NCBI RefSeq assembly: GCF_009914755.1
Contig: NC_060936.1
DNA length: 64,000 nucleotides
Strand: one strand, 5' to 3'
Source of the DNA: the human T2T-CHM13v2.0 reference genome, Homo sapiens
Shown: one piece after another, positions 26,367 to 47,639 of the stretch
How the letters are laid out: the number at the start of each line of letters is the position of its first letter
Position numbering within the stretch: position 1 is the stretch's first letter
The notes under the pieces: model-generated
Seen by the model: the letters and a program-made list of their open reading frames with translations, nothing else
Databases searched by the model: none
Told to the model about the DNA's origin: nothing
Position numbers and translations under genes: made by a program

Positions 26367-27649
26367 AGTAATATAAATTTCTGTTCTGAAATGAAGAGAC
26401 CTATTTAAACAATAACTGTGTAATGATTTATTAGCAATGACACATCTGATCTGATTTAAAGCATTCATTTAACATTTATCCTGTTCATAGCTGTTTATTA
26501 CCTTTATTCATAAAAAACATTCTTTGTTATTTCTCTGCTTTTAACTTAATTTGTTACCTGCCTATATGATAGCATAGCGAACAGACTTCAACTGCCGTCT
26601 TCTATTTAAATAGTTCCATTGTCTTTTCTAGTTTTATCCCCTACACAGTAATCTAATCTTACTCTTAATTTTTCTTCTAAAGCATTTTCTTCTATTTTTA
26701 AGTACCCCTGAGAGGGTAAAAATCTGTAGCTGTATGTGGGAGATTCTGTGAATGTTTCTGCAATGTTCATGTCAGGTCACTACTATACAAAGTAAAATAT
26801 GAAGCTGCAACCTTCATTACAGTCACATTAAATAGCTTGCTGATTGTCTGTAGGATATTCTTTCTTAATAAAATACCTATTCCATTTCTTCAATATGTCC
26901 CATGATGAATTTCTTTATTTTTTCTATGATATGAAAGCCATATTTTCCACATAATTTACTTTGAAATTGTTAAATGTATTTTTGCATCATTTTATATATG
27001 AAGAATTCCAGTGATCAAATACTAAAATAATGAAAGATGTCTAAATTAACAGGCACAAAATAAGTTTTATATTCTGATACTGTCTCTTTATCAGAGATGT
27101 TTAATACCTTGTTGTTTACCAAAATACATAGTTAGAGAAGTCTATTTATTACAAAATGATACCATTACCATTTTAAAATTTTATTTACTTGATTTTTGGG
27201 GCTGATTGTCCTAAAATTAAACCTTATAATACATTAAAACATGTTTCTATAATAGGAAAACTCCTTACCGAAATTGCCATTTTAAGTTTTTTTAGTTTTA
27301 ATTTTTTTTTGGTTTTAAATAAATTGACCTTTCTTTGGAGGTTACTTTAAATAGACAACAGTCTTCTCTGTCTTCTCTCTCACTAATGGGCATGAAAAAA
27401 TGCTGACTCTCAAGGACTAGAGGGGATATTAAATGAAACTGCTTTGTTCTTCCTGTGGGAATTAAGCCAAATTCTGCATTAACTTATGGATTTTTAAAAA
27501 ATGGTTAATGTGAAGAATGGGAAATTTGCATACTACAAAGTCACCTGCTTTTACTTGGCTTTTAGTAAACTCTAGAATTAGAAGAGGGTAATTACCAATG
27601 ATAGATCTGTACATCTTGTATTTTGGGGAATGTAATTGTTTTTAGTATG

Positions 27650-28790
27650 AATTTATTCAACTTATTTTTTATCAAGTTCCAGCTTTATGTAAGACTGTGC
27701 CAAATGTAGTAGGATTTGAAAGTTATGAAAAATTAACCTTGTCCTTAAGAAATGTACAATCTAATGTGGGGAGGGAGTAGAGGAGAGAACACCGGAATTT
27801 CAATCCTCAAACATCAGGGCAGTAAATAATGGCATCTAATAAGTGCTTTGTGAGACACATGAGCTAGGTGTAAGCAAAGCGCACAGGAGAGAGAAATGAC
27901 ATTCAGCTGGATTGAGCTGAAGAGGCACTGAGTCACAGTTGACAAGCTAAAAGAAGGTTGAAATGATAGGATGCTTATAAGTAAGGATTTTAGCAAGAAC
28001 AAGGAGAGAATTCTGGCAGGGAGAACTATACACATGAACTAGGGCAAGGGGAGGGTATGGAAAGGAAGGGTATAGGGGAAGATAGAAATGGAAACTAGCA
28101 TAAAACTACATGAAAGGTAGTGGATACCATACTAAAAATGTGGAGTTTGTATTTTAAAATGTTATTAAGCAAAGTGACATAATGAAAATAGTAATTTAGA
28201 GTGGCGATTTATATGATGAATTGAAAAATGTCAGTTGTGTTTGAGGAAATAGAGTTGGGAGATACAGCCTTGGGAAAACTAAATAAAAGGTCATGGTAAT
28301 AGTATAGGCATAAGGTAGTGAAACTAAAGTACAGAAATTGAGAGGAATGGAAAATAACATAAAGATAAATTAAGCAATAGATTATTTCAAAAGATCTGAT
28401 TAAGATAATTAGTTGGCCACCATATATGTTCCAAAATTTTGATTTTAGGTAACCTAGAAGAAAAGAAATACCACAAATATAAAAAAATTGTAATCAGAGG
28501 GCTTTATTCTAAGAACCAAATGTTTAGACTGAGCAAATTCTGAGTGAGAGAATTTGCTTATTCTAATATTCTCATGGGGCATTCCTATCAAGGAAGGAGT
28601 TAGAAGAAAGGCCATAGTTAGGGATAGAGATGTGGGAGTCATTTGCAAAAAGGAAATGGTACCAAAGAATTGGGTAACATCAACAATGGAGGGAATATAC
28701 AAAAGAGAAGAGAATCAATTTCAGGCATTTGGGAATTTCTACATTTTAAATTTCGAATAAGGAAGGCAGCCAAGACAGTGACAGGGCATA
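27650..28790 (-). mobile_element. Degenerate L2 fragments
   Basis: atttattcaac...gtccttaagaaatgtacaatctaatgtggg...agaattctggcagggagaac...atagagatgtgggagtcatttgca. Boundaries approximate. Confidence 0.55.
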
Positions 28791-30366
28791 GAAACCAAAG
28801 TTAATGAGCAGGGAACCCTGCTGTAAAAAAAAGAAAAACAAGGACAGAAAAAATCCATCAACTTCTGAGAGTAAGGATATTTGTGCCCTTTGGGAGTGCA
28901 GTTTCACATAAGTGATGTGAGCAGTTAAGGAGATGAAGAATTGGAAGTGGGTGGTGTAAGACTTATGCAGTAATGATGTTTGGAAATAAATATTTGAATT
29001 TATTACAAATTAAAGATACATGTTGAGATGTTTGTGTCTGTGTGTTAAATAGGATACTAAAAATGTGTGTGTGCATGTGAATATGAGACTGAAAATGTGT
29101 CCAAGGTGAGTGGGGGGTGCAAAGGAAATATCAGAGATATTTAAGGGTTGCTTCCTCCCCAGTGACTGAAGAAGAAAAAGGAGACTGTGAAGATACAGAG
29201 GGGAAAACAAAACTAGAAATAGAGGGGAGGTAACTTTAGGTAGTAAATTATTTAAGTTATGGTCATTTGGTTATCTGCTAATCCTGTGGGGGAAGAAAGG
29301 ATAGAATTTTATGTTAAAGACTCATGGACAACTGCATGTTCTGAGGAGCACAGTAGGTAATATTTGATGCAGGCCTGTACTATCTACATGGAATAAATAA
29401 GTACCAATGAGGACACATTTTTTTGGTGATCACTGGTAGATTACTTCTAGTTTGGACTCAGCTCTCTGATTTATATGCTAACTGTTGTATTTGCATTTTG
29501 CATTTCTAATATTTAGAATATTTTATAAATATTCCATGTGTATTTAGTATATATGAATTAAAAGGAGAATATCTTTCAAGGATTATGTTATCAATAGAGA
29601 ACTTCATATATGCATTATGTCTTTCCCAGGTACTTAGAACATAAATTATTTCAGAACATTATTATAAAATCAAAGCCAGTGTTATCCATTTGGGCTCTTT
29701 AGCAATGATTATATGTCAAAAGATTAAACTGAGAAACATGGAAAGAGAAGAATCAAATAAATGAGCTTATTGACAAAAAGCAGCTGTGTTATGAGGTAGT
29801 CCACATATTCTGTAATGTATTACTTTCAACTTGACTATCATTTTTATAGTGAATATGGTAGTAGGGGAATGACTGTGGAGTGGAAATAACCACTAAGACT
29901 GAGCTCTGGGGGAAAAGATTATTTAATTGAGCTATTATTAATTGAAAGGATATAAAATTTCCCACCTGTATATGTATGTTCTAATGGGAAAGATATTGTT
30001 CAACCCTAATTAGAACAAAAAAACATAAAACCAAGTTTAATGGGACAGATTCAGATTTTAACATATAAAGGATTATTATGTTGTTGGAAAAAAATGACAA
30101 GATTAATAATAATTTGTCTGGGAAGCAGTTAAACCACATTTCTGCTTGTAAATGGGGGAGGAACCACATGGTCTCTCCCAAAACTTTCCACAAGCTTCTG
30201 TGATGTGGGAATACTACATACCATATGTCTCCTGACTTTTAGGCATTGATTTTATGTGGATCCCACAATCACCAGATTGACTTTATGAGTAAAATATGTT
30301 TTAATACTGCACATATATATTTCACTTTGACTGGTTTTTTCAGTTACAAATACATCCATATATTTT

Positions 30367-37073
<6,707 letters not shown>

Positions 37074-38786
37074 CATCTGTATATTTTATAGTTAGCAAAT
37101 GATGTGAGGTAAATTGACAGACACACCCCTCCCCCCAAAATAGGTTTCAATCAAGAGAAGTTATTAGTTTTCCCCCACGTTTTATCTGTTTTTATTAATT
37201 GCAACCAGATATCATTGAAACAAGACCTTTGATCTTAGGTTTATTCACACTTACCCAAATTAGCTCCTCAAATACATATTCTACTTCAGTTCATAGATAG
37301 GCTTCATCACATTGTTATTACATATATTTTTTGCCATGTCAGTAGAAATTAAGTACCTAATTCCAGCAAGATAGATGTTCATTTCCCTGACAGCTTCAGT
37401 TAAGTCAGGATCAATTTTAGTCCCATCCTGCCCACATCTGTCTTCAAACTCCTTTCTACTCTAGATGTCTTTTCCAAATTATGTTCATGCTGCAGTATGC
37501 TGCAGTTATTTTCTTCTGACAGGTTACAAGTCTAGCTTGTGGTGCATTGACTTCTCTCTTCTGACATTTTAATTGCTTTGTGTTGTACTTCTGTTTTGCA
37601 GATTGACAAATCAGAAAAAAATGTATTTCTGAAGTGTTTACTGCTTTTCTTCTCTTTCTCAAATTGTGTAAGTTTCCATGCTTAGAAGACAAGGATAGTG
37701 AATACAACTCCCTTGTTTACTAACTGTTGGCGTGGGCAAGTTGCAGCCTAGACTGGGGTCAGATTGTCGCACTGACCTAAACTGAATTTACAGTTTTTCC
37801 AGGCTTGGGGTATTGTTATTCATCACAATCTACATGCAATCATTTTTAAACAATATTTTTTCAATATATATTTGTGTACTCTCTGTATATATGTGTGTTT
37901 TAGATTCACAACCAGAAAGATCAAGGGAGTTGAGGCATAGCAGGAACGTAAGTAGCTCTTGGCTATAAAGAAAATCAGCTTCAGTACTGTAGTTTGGGGA
38001 ACATCAAAACCTTTGGGAAATTTCACTTAATTATGTTCTCTGATTCCAACATATTTCTTTTTACTCACATTTCTTTGTGGGGGTATCTTTTGCATGGAGT
38101 TATAGCTATAATTGTTCAAACTGGGACCACACACTAAAATTACAGTTAGTCTCTACTCCAAAGAAACCAGATTCCTGACTTCTTTGAAATTACAGCTGAT
38201 GTAACCACACTGACCCACATTCCTACCTGGGAGTATCAGTTTGGGTGACTAGTGGCTGTCAACTTCAGAGGGCTATGCCCTTCCCCCATCGCCGGTCACC
38301 ACATTTCTTATAATTCTCCTTGGTTGTTCCCATAGCCAGCTTCCTCCGTTTCTATTATTTTACAGGTATTTATGCTTTTCTAAATATACACTGAAACATT
38401 AAACTAAAGTTGCTTACATGTCTAAGTCTTTGTTCTCTCCCTCCTGCTTCTAATTCTCCCTGTAACACCCTCTTTTTCTGCTTCTTTACCTTTCCTGTAC
38501 TCCTAACCCCTTATTAACTATCTGAACTCCAATCTATATTTACAGATAAATCATATTATACCTTATCCTAAAGACAAATAAACATTAGGCACATCATGAA
38601 AATTAATAGATTGATAGATTAATTTCTATTGAAAGTTCCATGTCCTTGTTAAAGAAGAAATATTCTAAGACTTTTTAAATGGAAAGGAGATTTTATTAAA
38701 GACTGTTATGAGAGGGGTCAAGACTATTGTGATAGGGGAGAGAGATTAGGCTCAACTCTATAGCAAAGACAGCTGGGAATTTATAG

Positions 38787-39640
<854 letters not shown>

Positions 39641-42033
39641 ATACCTAACTAGCACAGTGAGTGAGATCAGTGAATGGAAAATTTCTAAGGGACAACATCA
39701 AGGGTAGGAGAATTCTTGCTGAACTGACTTAGCAGGGCTCTCACTGAAGGTAGGCCAGGTGATCGGATATCAAAAGGTGGGGGATGAGAAATTTGATAAG
39801 ACAAACAAAGGTGATCAGATATCGAGGGTGGGGGGATTCTTGCTAAACTGACTTAGCATAATTTTTGCGGCAACTGAACTAGCCAGGCTGATGACAAGAC
39901 TCAAGGATGAGGCCTAGTCCTCTGTATAAAGGCTTAGAGGAGGCTGTCTAAAGTTTGGTCAAAGAGAGACTTTGTCATCCTGGATGACATTAATTTTCTT
40001 AGACTGGGTTGTTATACTGTTAAGCTCCTTATTCCTTGGGAAATGTGAGAATCAACAGCTGCTCTTTATTCCTTGAGAAGGATTTGATTAAATATATTGC
40101 CATAACATCATGTTTGATAAGCCTGAGAAGAGAACCGAGAAGACTGACATCATCAAGAGGGAAAAAATATGTGCTGCAAAATTTTTCAGTTTTTGTCGTA
40201 TAAACAGCTATTATTTTCTTAGATACCAAATGCCAACAAATATCTGCTGTGGAGCAGTATTCATAGTTTTGTAAGTAATAGTGAACCTGCATTTTTGGTG
40301 ATACCAAAAAGTAAAACTATAGAGAATTCAGTTTCTTAACTATATATAATTCTATGTTTTAAGTATTCTTAATTTATATTTACATTTATGTTTGACCAGC
40401 TCTCATATGGTTTTTATCTTCACTCTTTTATTCTGTCACTTTCTTTAATGATCTATACTGAAATGACTCTGAGATGCTGCTTTACAACATATTTACATTT
40501 CCTTTTTGAAGAGTAAATAACAGGCTAAGGAGGGCAAATATGGTGACATTAGAGACCTTGTAATAAGAAATAATTAGAAATGATCCTTTACACTACATTA
40601 GTTTTATTTGGAAAGTAAATTGTTCAGCTTAGGAATGCTGACTTTTAAAGAGAGAAGCAATTTTGAAAAAAAAATCATTAGCATGATTTACAAAATATAT
40701 ATGTATAAGCTACTAATACAATTAATAACTACAAAAAATTAATTGCTTAGATCACAGGAAGAGATGAGAACAGGTCTCAACAAGTTCTAGGATGGATACA
40801 TTTAGAACATTACTGCTACTTCTATCAGTTATTTTTTTTTCTTATTCATCAGTCCAAGTTGATTTATCATTATCTACTTAAGTGTTTAATCATGTAAGAG
40901 ATAGTAGATCTTCCCCTATGGAACCTACACTCATACTGCAGTTTATTTCTTGATTATATTTATAATTTTCACTTGTTGTTTATAGCATAAGGATTCTAAT
41001 AAAACTCACTAAAACAAACCTAATAATTCTCCCAATATAAGAATTTAGTTTTTGTGAGACAAATTATTTCTTTTAAATAGATAGTGCATTTTCCACTATA
41101 ATTCCAGGAACCAATGGCTGCTTTCCCTTTTTCTCAACAGAGTTCAAGTATCATTTCCCAAATTGTTAAACCATTTATTGTATTTTTGTTATAATAGATT
41201 TTACCTTCTACAACTGTTTGCTTTTACTTGTAACCACGGGTACACTATGAAACTATCAGCAAATTAGACAGACCAGCAATAACGAATAAATATATCATAG
41301 GCATTCATACTTCCTCACTCATGATTGGATACACTTTTAAAATAATACCAGAAGTTATAGAAACTATTTGGAAAGTGTCAACATACAAATATTGAAAGAC
41401 CAAAAAGGTTTTAAAATGCATTTCTGTAGGTCACTCTACCTAAACAACAAATCCAAAATACATGGACATATATCTTAATTTATTTGCTTTCTTAACAGAA
41501 AAGAGATTATTTAGAATTTATAATTTCTTACCTATATTGAGTTACCATTCTGTACATTCTGCATAATTTTTTATATAGTTCTTTAGGCTAAAATTGAGAG
41601 AAATAGATTCCTTAGGCCTTGAGGATGGAATTATTTTGCTACCAAAGGAAGATTCTGTACTTTAATTAGCCTTGGAAAACTTTACTAGAAACATGTGCGT
41701 ATGCTTAGTTTTCCCTTCATTGCATAGTACAACATTATCATTTTATTTTCCAGTATACTGATTGACACAGTAACTCCCAACAGTTTTCTCCAGCTGGTGA
41801 ACTTTAATGAAGAACAGATGATGGATTATACCCTCAGCACTATAGTACCACATCATTACTTTAAACCTATTATGATTACACTTGAATTTGTATAAACTGT
41901 ATCTCCATGTTTAAAAGTTAGGAATCTTTTTTACACAGTGATATATAAACAAATGTTCACTTAAATGGGAATCATAGTCTTGAGAGGGTCAAAACTGATA
42001 ATGTGTATTTAAACCACTACTACAGATTCACCT

Positions 42034-42034
42034 T

Positions 42035-42069
<35 letters not shown>
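42034..42069. repeat. (TC)n(TG)n compound microsatellite
   Basis: tctctctctctctctctc tgtgtgtgtgtgtgtgt. Confidence 0.9.
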
Positions 42070-43425
42070 AATGAATGATTAGCTAAGATTTTTATATCTG
42101 TAATTTGTAGAATAAACACGATAATGTTGGATACCATAAAATTGTAATTTAAAAAATTATGAAGTGTCAGCCTAACAGCATCTGCACCGATTAAACATTA
42201 AAAGTCTCCCCAGTTTTTATAGATGGAGAAACAGGTAATGCAGTTTGCCACAGCTAGTGGCAGAAACAGAATGCAAACCCCAGGCAGCCGGGTTTTTGAA
42301 CCTGTGTCTAAACTCCCTACTTCATGTGTAACATTACCTACCAAAAGTACAATCACCATTATAAATAAAACCCAGGGCACTGAGATCACTGGACAGTTCT
42401 TGTCTAAAATATAGTGATCCAAATTGTCCAGAGTATCTAATCATTAATCATTAGAGTGGAGAAGTGCTGTTCTTCAAAACTGACAAATTCTTGAGGTTAA
42501 TTCACAGACCCTTGAATATATGCCTATAACCCATCCCCCACCACATGGTCTATGGATTCCAGTTGGAGAAACAACACTGGAAAAGTGAAATGACACAGAC
42601 TTTAAAGCCACACAAGCAGAGTGTCAAATATATGTCAGTTGCTAAAACAAGCCCTGTGGATATAATGAGAAATAGTGGTGTTGTGGTCCCTATCCTCTCA
42701 GAGACAGTAAATGGGCTTATATCATGACCAAAAGTCTTAGCCTTTAATTGTTACATCATTTTTATGAGTATTTTATCAAGATTATAAGTCTGTAAAGTTT
42801 GCATCTTCAACAGCTTATGCAACAATGTCTGAAAATGCAAGAACTCAGTCACCTTCTCATGTTGTATCTTCAAAGACTATTTAGGAACTTCAAGAAACAT
42901 ACCAAAGAGTAAAATTATTATTTCTTATTGCATGTAACATGTGATTACTTTGCTCTGGCCTGACTCATTATTATGCTAAATATGCTTGTCACATTTTTAT
43001 AAAAATAATTTATTTCCTTTTCTTTAACAAGCCCTCAGCAAAACTGAAGCAAGCTAAATGGTGTAGTGAAATGTTGGCTTACGATTTGGAAGCCAGATAC
43101 TTTCAATAACAGATTCTCACTCACTTGCCTGGCCGTTTGTTTGGGAATCCTTTTTATTACCAAATAAAATGAGAGATGGGAGAATGATCTAGATGCATCA
43201 CATCAGATTTTATTTCTACTATATATGTTTATTTTGATAAATCTAGAGAGATGTTTGAGAAAAAGTTCATATAGTACAGATTTTGTGATTTCAAATCTGG
43301 TACAAAATGTTTAAATACACAGGAATCTAAAATTCCCCTACATATAGATAAAGCAACATACATTCACCTTTAAGAAAATTTCCTGAGAAGGAAAAAAATA
43401 ATCTACTTAGAAATATGCTAAATTG

Positions 43426-43659
43426 GGCTGGGCGCAGTGGCTCATGCCTATAATCCTAGCACTTTGGGAGGCCGAGGCAGGAGCATCACTGGGGTCCAAG
43501 GGTTCGAGACCATCCTGGGCAATGTAACAAGACCCTGTTGTTACAAAAAATAAAAAAAATAGCCAGGTGTGGTGATGTAGTTAGAGGGTACAGTGAACTA
43601 TGATCACACCACTGTACTCCATCCTGGGCAACAGAGTGAGACCCTATCTCTAAAAAAAA
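43426..43659 (+). mobile_element. AluJ-type element with internal deletion in the right arm
   Basis: Complete left arm and A-rich linker. The right arm jumps from gtggtgatgtagt to gagggtacagtgaactatgatcacacc. Ends gagaccctatctctaaaaaaaa. Only sense-oriented Alu in the window. Confidence 0.9.
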
Positions 43660-44589
43660 TTTAAATGGCTTTAATGAAATTTTATTATCAGAGTATTATA
43701 ACAAAAAGCTTTTACTGGGTAATTCAGAATTTATAATATTTACTTTTAGCCCTTAATATTAATTTGTTCGATTGTAGTATTTCTTTCATCTACATTGAAG
43801 CTGCTGAATATGATGATGTTTATGTAGTAGAAACTATAGCTTGAAGATGTCATATGACTCAATTCTTTTTAAAACATCATTTGAATTTTCAGCTCTGCTT
43901 TAATGCAAATGTGTTACCTCCCCAAACATGTGTGCTGTATCATTTAAAGTGTGCTAACACATGCTAGGCTCTGAGAAGAACCAGAATTCTGCCAGATGGG
44001 TATTTGTGATGTTCTTAGACAAGTCAGAGTCCCTTAAGGAAGGACCATGGGATTAATCCATACAAAACATTATGATACACACCGTCCCTAAAGTTTGACA
44101 ATCAAAGTGCAAGTCCTTAAAGCCCATTTTGAACTAAATGTTTTGATAAAGTACTCGTGCAGAGAGTTATACTATCCTTGACAATATAGACTGTGCTTTC
44201 AGGTATATATCAAGTTTTTATTTAATACTATATTTTCAGTAATAGCCATAGGTTAGCCTGTGTATGCTATATCTCAAAAGTATAAATCTTAATCATGAAA
44301 TGTATTCTGTGTACCATAACAGCATCAAATTTATTAAATAAGTATGTGCTGTATTCTGTTCATGATATGGCAGCATATAAAAAAGCTGTTCACTCCCAGC
44401 ATAACACTTCACAAAGAAACTGGGTTTTTGGGTTTTGCCTTCCTAAATTTATAGAGACATGTGGAGCACATAGGATTTGTCTGTTTACTTGGTGTTGCTA
44501 TAAATAGCATGCCTCAGTGACGTCCCTATTTGGAAGAGCATTTTATACAGTGAACTTCCAGTGGAATTATGTCATATTCACATGTCCTG

Positions 44590-44835
44590 GTAGGCAATAC
44601 CGCTTAGCAGTTTAGGCTCTGGAATCAAAAGGGTTAAACAGTAAACGGGGCTTCATCTACTTCTGGGTCTGGGATCTTCTGCCTGCTGCATAACATTCCT
44701 AGATTTCATTCATCCACTCTGTAAAAGGAGGTGGTAATATGATAATTAACTCAGAGGGCTTTTTACGGGAATGGGTAACCCATAGAAAGCATTTAGAATG
44801 CTGCCTGGCCCATAGGAAGTGAAGTGCTTAATTAT
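44590..44835 (+). mobile_element. MIR
   Basis: ttaggctctggaatca...agatttcattcatccactctgtaaaaggagg...aaagcatttagaatgctgcctggcccatagg. Confidence 0.7.
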
Positions 44836-44959
44836 TTACATTACAGGAATTTGTCTGTATATTATTCAAACAGAATGAATTTTAAAGAAGTCAGTTCCGC
44901 CTGCCAAGCTACATAGACAATGAGCAGATTGGCATTATCTGTCTCTGGTTCAAACATAC

Positions 44960-45310
44960 TTCTTCCTTAGGGCATTTATACTTGCTTTTTCTAAAATTGC
45001 CATGCTTTTTCTCCAAGAAACAGTGTGGCTTGCTCGGGCAGTAACTTAAATACCTGCTCAAATAGCATCTCCTATCATTGAGACTTTGCATCCCCAGCAC
45101 TCCCTCTCTTTTTCTGCTGCACTTTTTCTCCCTGGTGCTTATTCCCATCTACGGTCTGTGTATTTCTTTACATATTTGTGTTATCTGCCTCCCCTCTCTA
45201 GAACATGAATTCTGTGATGGCAGGTACTTGGTTCTTCTCACCTTGCTTTCCCGAGCGCGTAGACTGGTGCCTAAAGATTCTCAGTCAATATTGTGAAGGA
45301 ATTTGTATGA
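44960..45310 (+). mobile_element. L2 3' end fragment
   Basis: tctgcctcccctctctagaacatgaattctgtgatggcagg...agactggtgccta...ctcagtcaatattgtgaagga. Confidence 0.7.
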
Positions 45311-47639
45311 AGCTGTTGTCCTCTCTGTGCCAACTTCTTGTGCTTTTGTAGGGTGGACATCTTGAAGCACTGAGTGTGGTTCTAACATTTTAAACATGTT
45401 AAAATTACATCCTCCACTCCCCTCAATAAAACTAGGGCTCTAAATGCAAGCCAACCACAACATGGGATGCTCAGCACAAGACAGCAGTCTTTTACAGTGT
45501 TGGAAATAAAATCAAAACACAACAAAACTGACTGCCAAGAGCACATTGAGAGGCTGTACTTCAAGGTTTATTTCAAGGGGAAATTCAAGTGATTTTTAAG
45601 AGACTTTCAAAGATAATGTCGACTTTTAACTCTTGCTGAATGGAGAACCTAGAAATCTTCTCTTTTTACCCCCGACACGTATCCTCTGGGTCTTTTGGTT
45701 CTCCCCATCTCTCTGTGTGAGTATGAGGAGATGGTGGTCACAGTGAACTAGGAGCTCTATTTAATTTTGAATGAATTCATACTCCTGAAATTCAGAATCA
45801 CTCAGATAGTTTGAGCTCCTGTTAAGTGTTTATAAATTCAGATTCTGAAACACAGCCCATAGTAGAAGTGACAACACATGTAATGGAATACATGGATACA
45901 AATCTTTGGGACAGCTATTATAGAGTTTTTAATGCTAAATAGAATGCACATATAATATAGAAAAGCTGTATAACCCTTTAACTTTGCTTGGCCTAATGGC
46001 ATACATATTTTTTATCCCCCCTATTATATTACTTTTAAAAACATAACTTACATAATAAAGGTAGAAGCTTTTTATTTCCCTCAGTTTTTATTAAAAACTT
46101 GCCAGTCGTTTTCAAAGAAAACCCCAAAATGACATCTGTCTCACTCAACAGGTGATTTGCCCTATATAAGATTTCTTTTAAAAAAAGATAATAATGATGA
46201 TGGAAACATTTCAATGCTGAAAACAAAGGTATGTGAAAAATTTTAGGATACGAATAATGAGCCAGAAAGTTTTCCTATCATTAGTCAATTTTATAAGAAG
46301 AGGAAAAAAGACTAAAATTCATAACATGTTTTCCTGTGCTATTGTCTGTGGATGACCTACTTGATATTTGGAGCCAAAATAAGAGGAAAACACCAGTGGA
46401 GGAGGAAATGACAAATATTACTGGCAAGGCACCTACACTGAAGGGGGACAGTGTGCCTAGCACCTAACAGGACAAGGCACAACTCTATAAATCAGTGATT
46501 TTGTGTCAACCATAAGACTAAGAGAAATACCCTGCACTTTTAGAAATCTGACTATGGTGGAGGAATAATTTTAAAGATGTGAATAACAAATTGGCTAAGC
46601 CTGCATGCTTTCTGGGGAGAGTATTTTTTCCAGAACTTGTGCTGTCAGTGCAGCTAGCCTAGTCGTGGATCTATTGGGTAAGTAAAGCAAGGTCCAGAGT
46701 GTTGACTGCACCTCTTATGTAGGGGTTGGTTGTGATTTTTATCTTTAATGGGGTCATTGAACCCTCTCCATCATGGGCGAAGAGCTCTCTATTTTAATCC
46801 TCTCTGCAATTTCTATTTGCTGTTTGTTCTGTGAGTCCCTTTGGCTGAAGAATTTTAAAATAAGGGGGGAAATATCAAGGAGTTTGGTTACATTTTGCTA
46901 ACTATGCCTCTGAGAAAAGGTGTTGATGAAATCAATGTTTGTTCTGACTTCCCGTGACAGATAAGACTTACCAAGCATTACCCTTTATCTGACTTACCTT
47001 TTTCTCATAGCCTTTTTATTTGTCCCAGAGAGAACGGGCATAGTTTTTTAATTGCAGTCAGAGACAGTTTTCATCATGCTACAAACCATTTTACATCCAA
47101 GATTTTTCTTTCGGATTTCATTTGTTTTTGAAACCCAGCTTATAAAATGGGGAAATAGTGGTGTATATTCACTTGTATGGAGAGTAATATTTCTTTTGCC
47201 TTGAAAACATTGCCCTCTGTGCTATCAAAAATAAAGTGCCATGAAAAATAGTACCCACAGAAAAATATTGACATTTGAGAATTAACCATCTGAGCTCAAT
47301 TTCTTACAGATCTTTTAAGGCCTTTCCCAACATGGTATTCTTGAACTGTATGTGGAAATAATAGGGTGAATTTACTATCCAATTAAGACTGATAAGAAAG
47401 TCATATTTGACATTCATTAAATAAACTCAAGGCTACATCCACTCTGGGACTCTTTGTTTTCAGTTTTCTATAATTTTCTTGCTTACAATAAATGCTAATA
47501 AATTTCCTACCACAGTAAAGGCAATAGTGGTATAGTTCTATTATTTACTGCTGATTTTTAAATCTATCTCCTGTCATGGACCTTGATCACAAATGTTATT
47601 TGTTGGGAATATAAAAAGTAGTCTTGCCTTTGTGTAATA

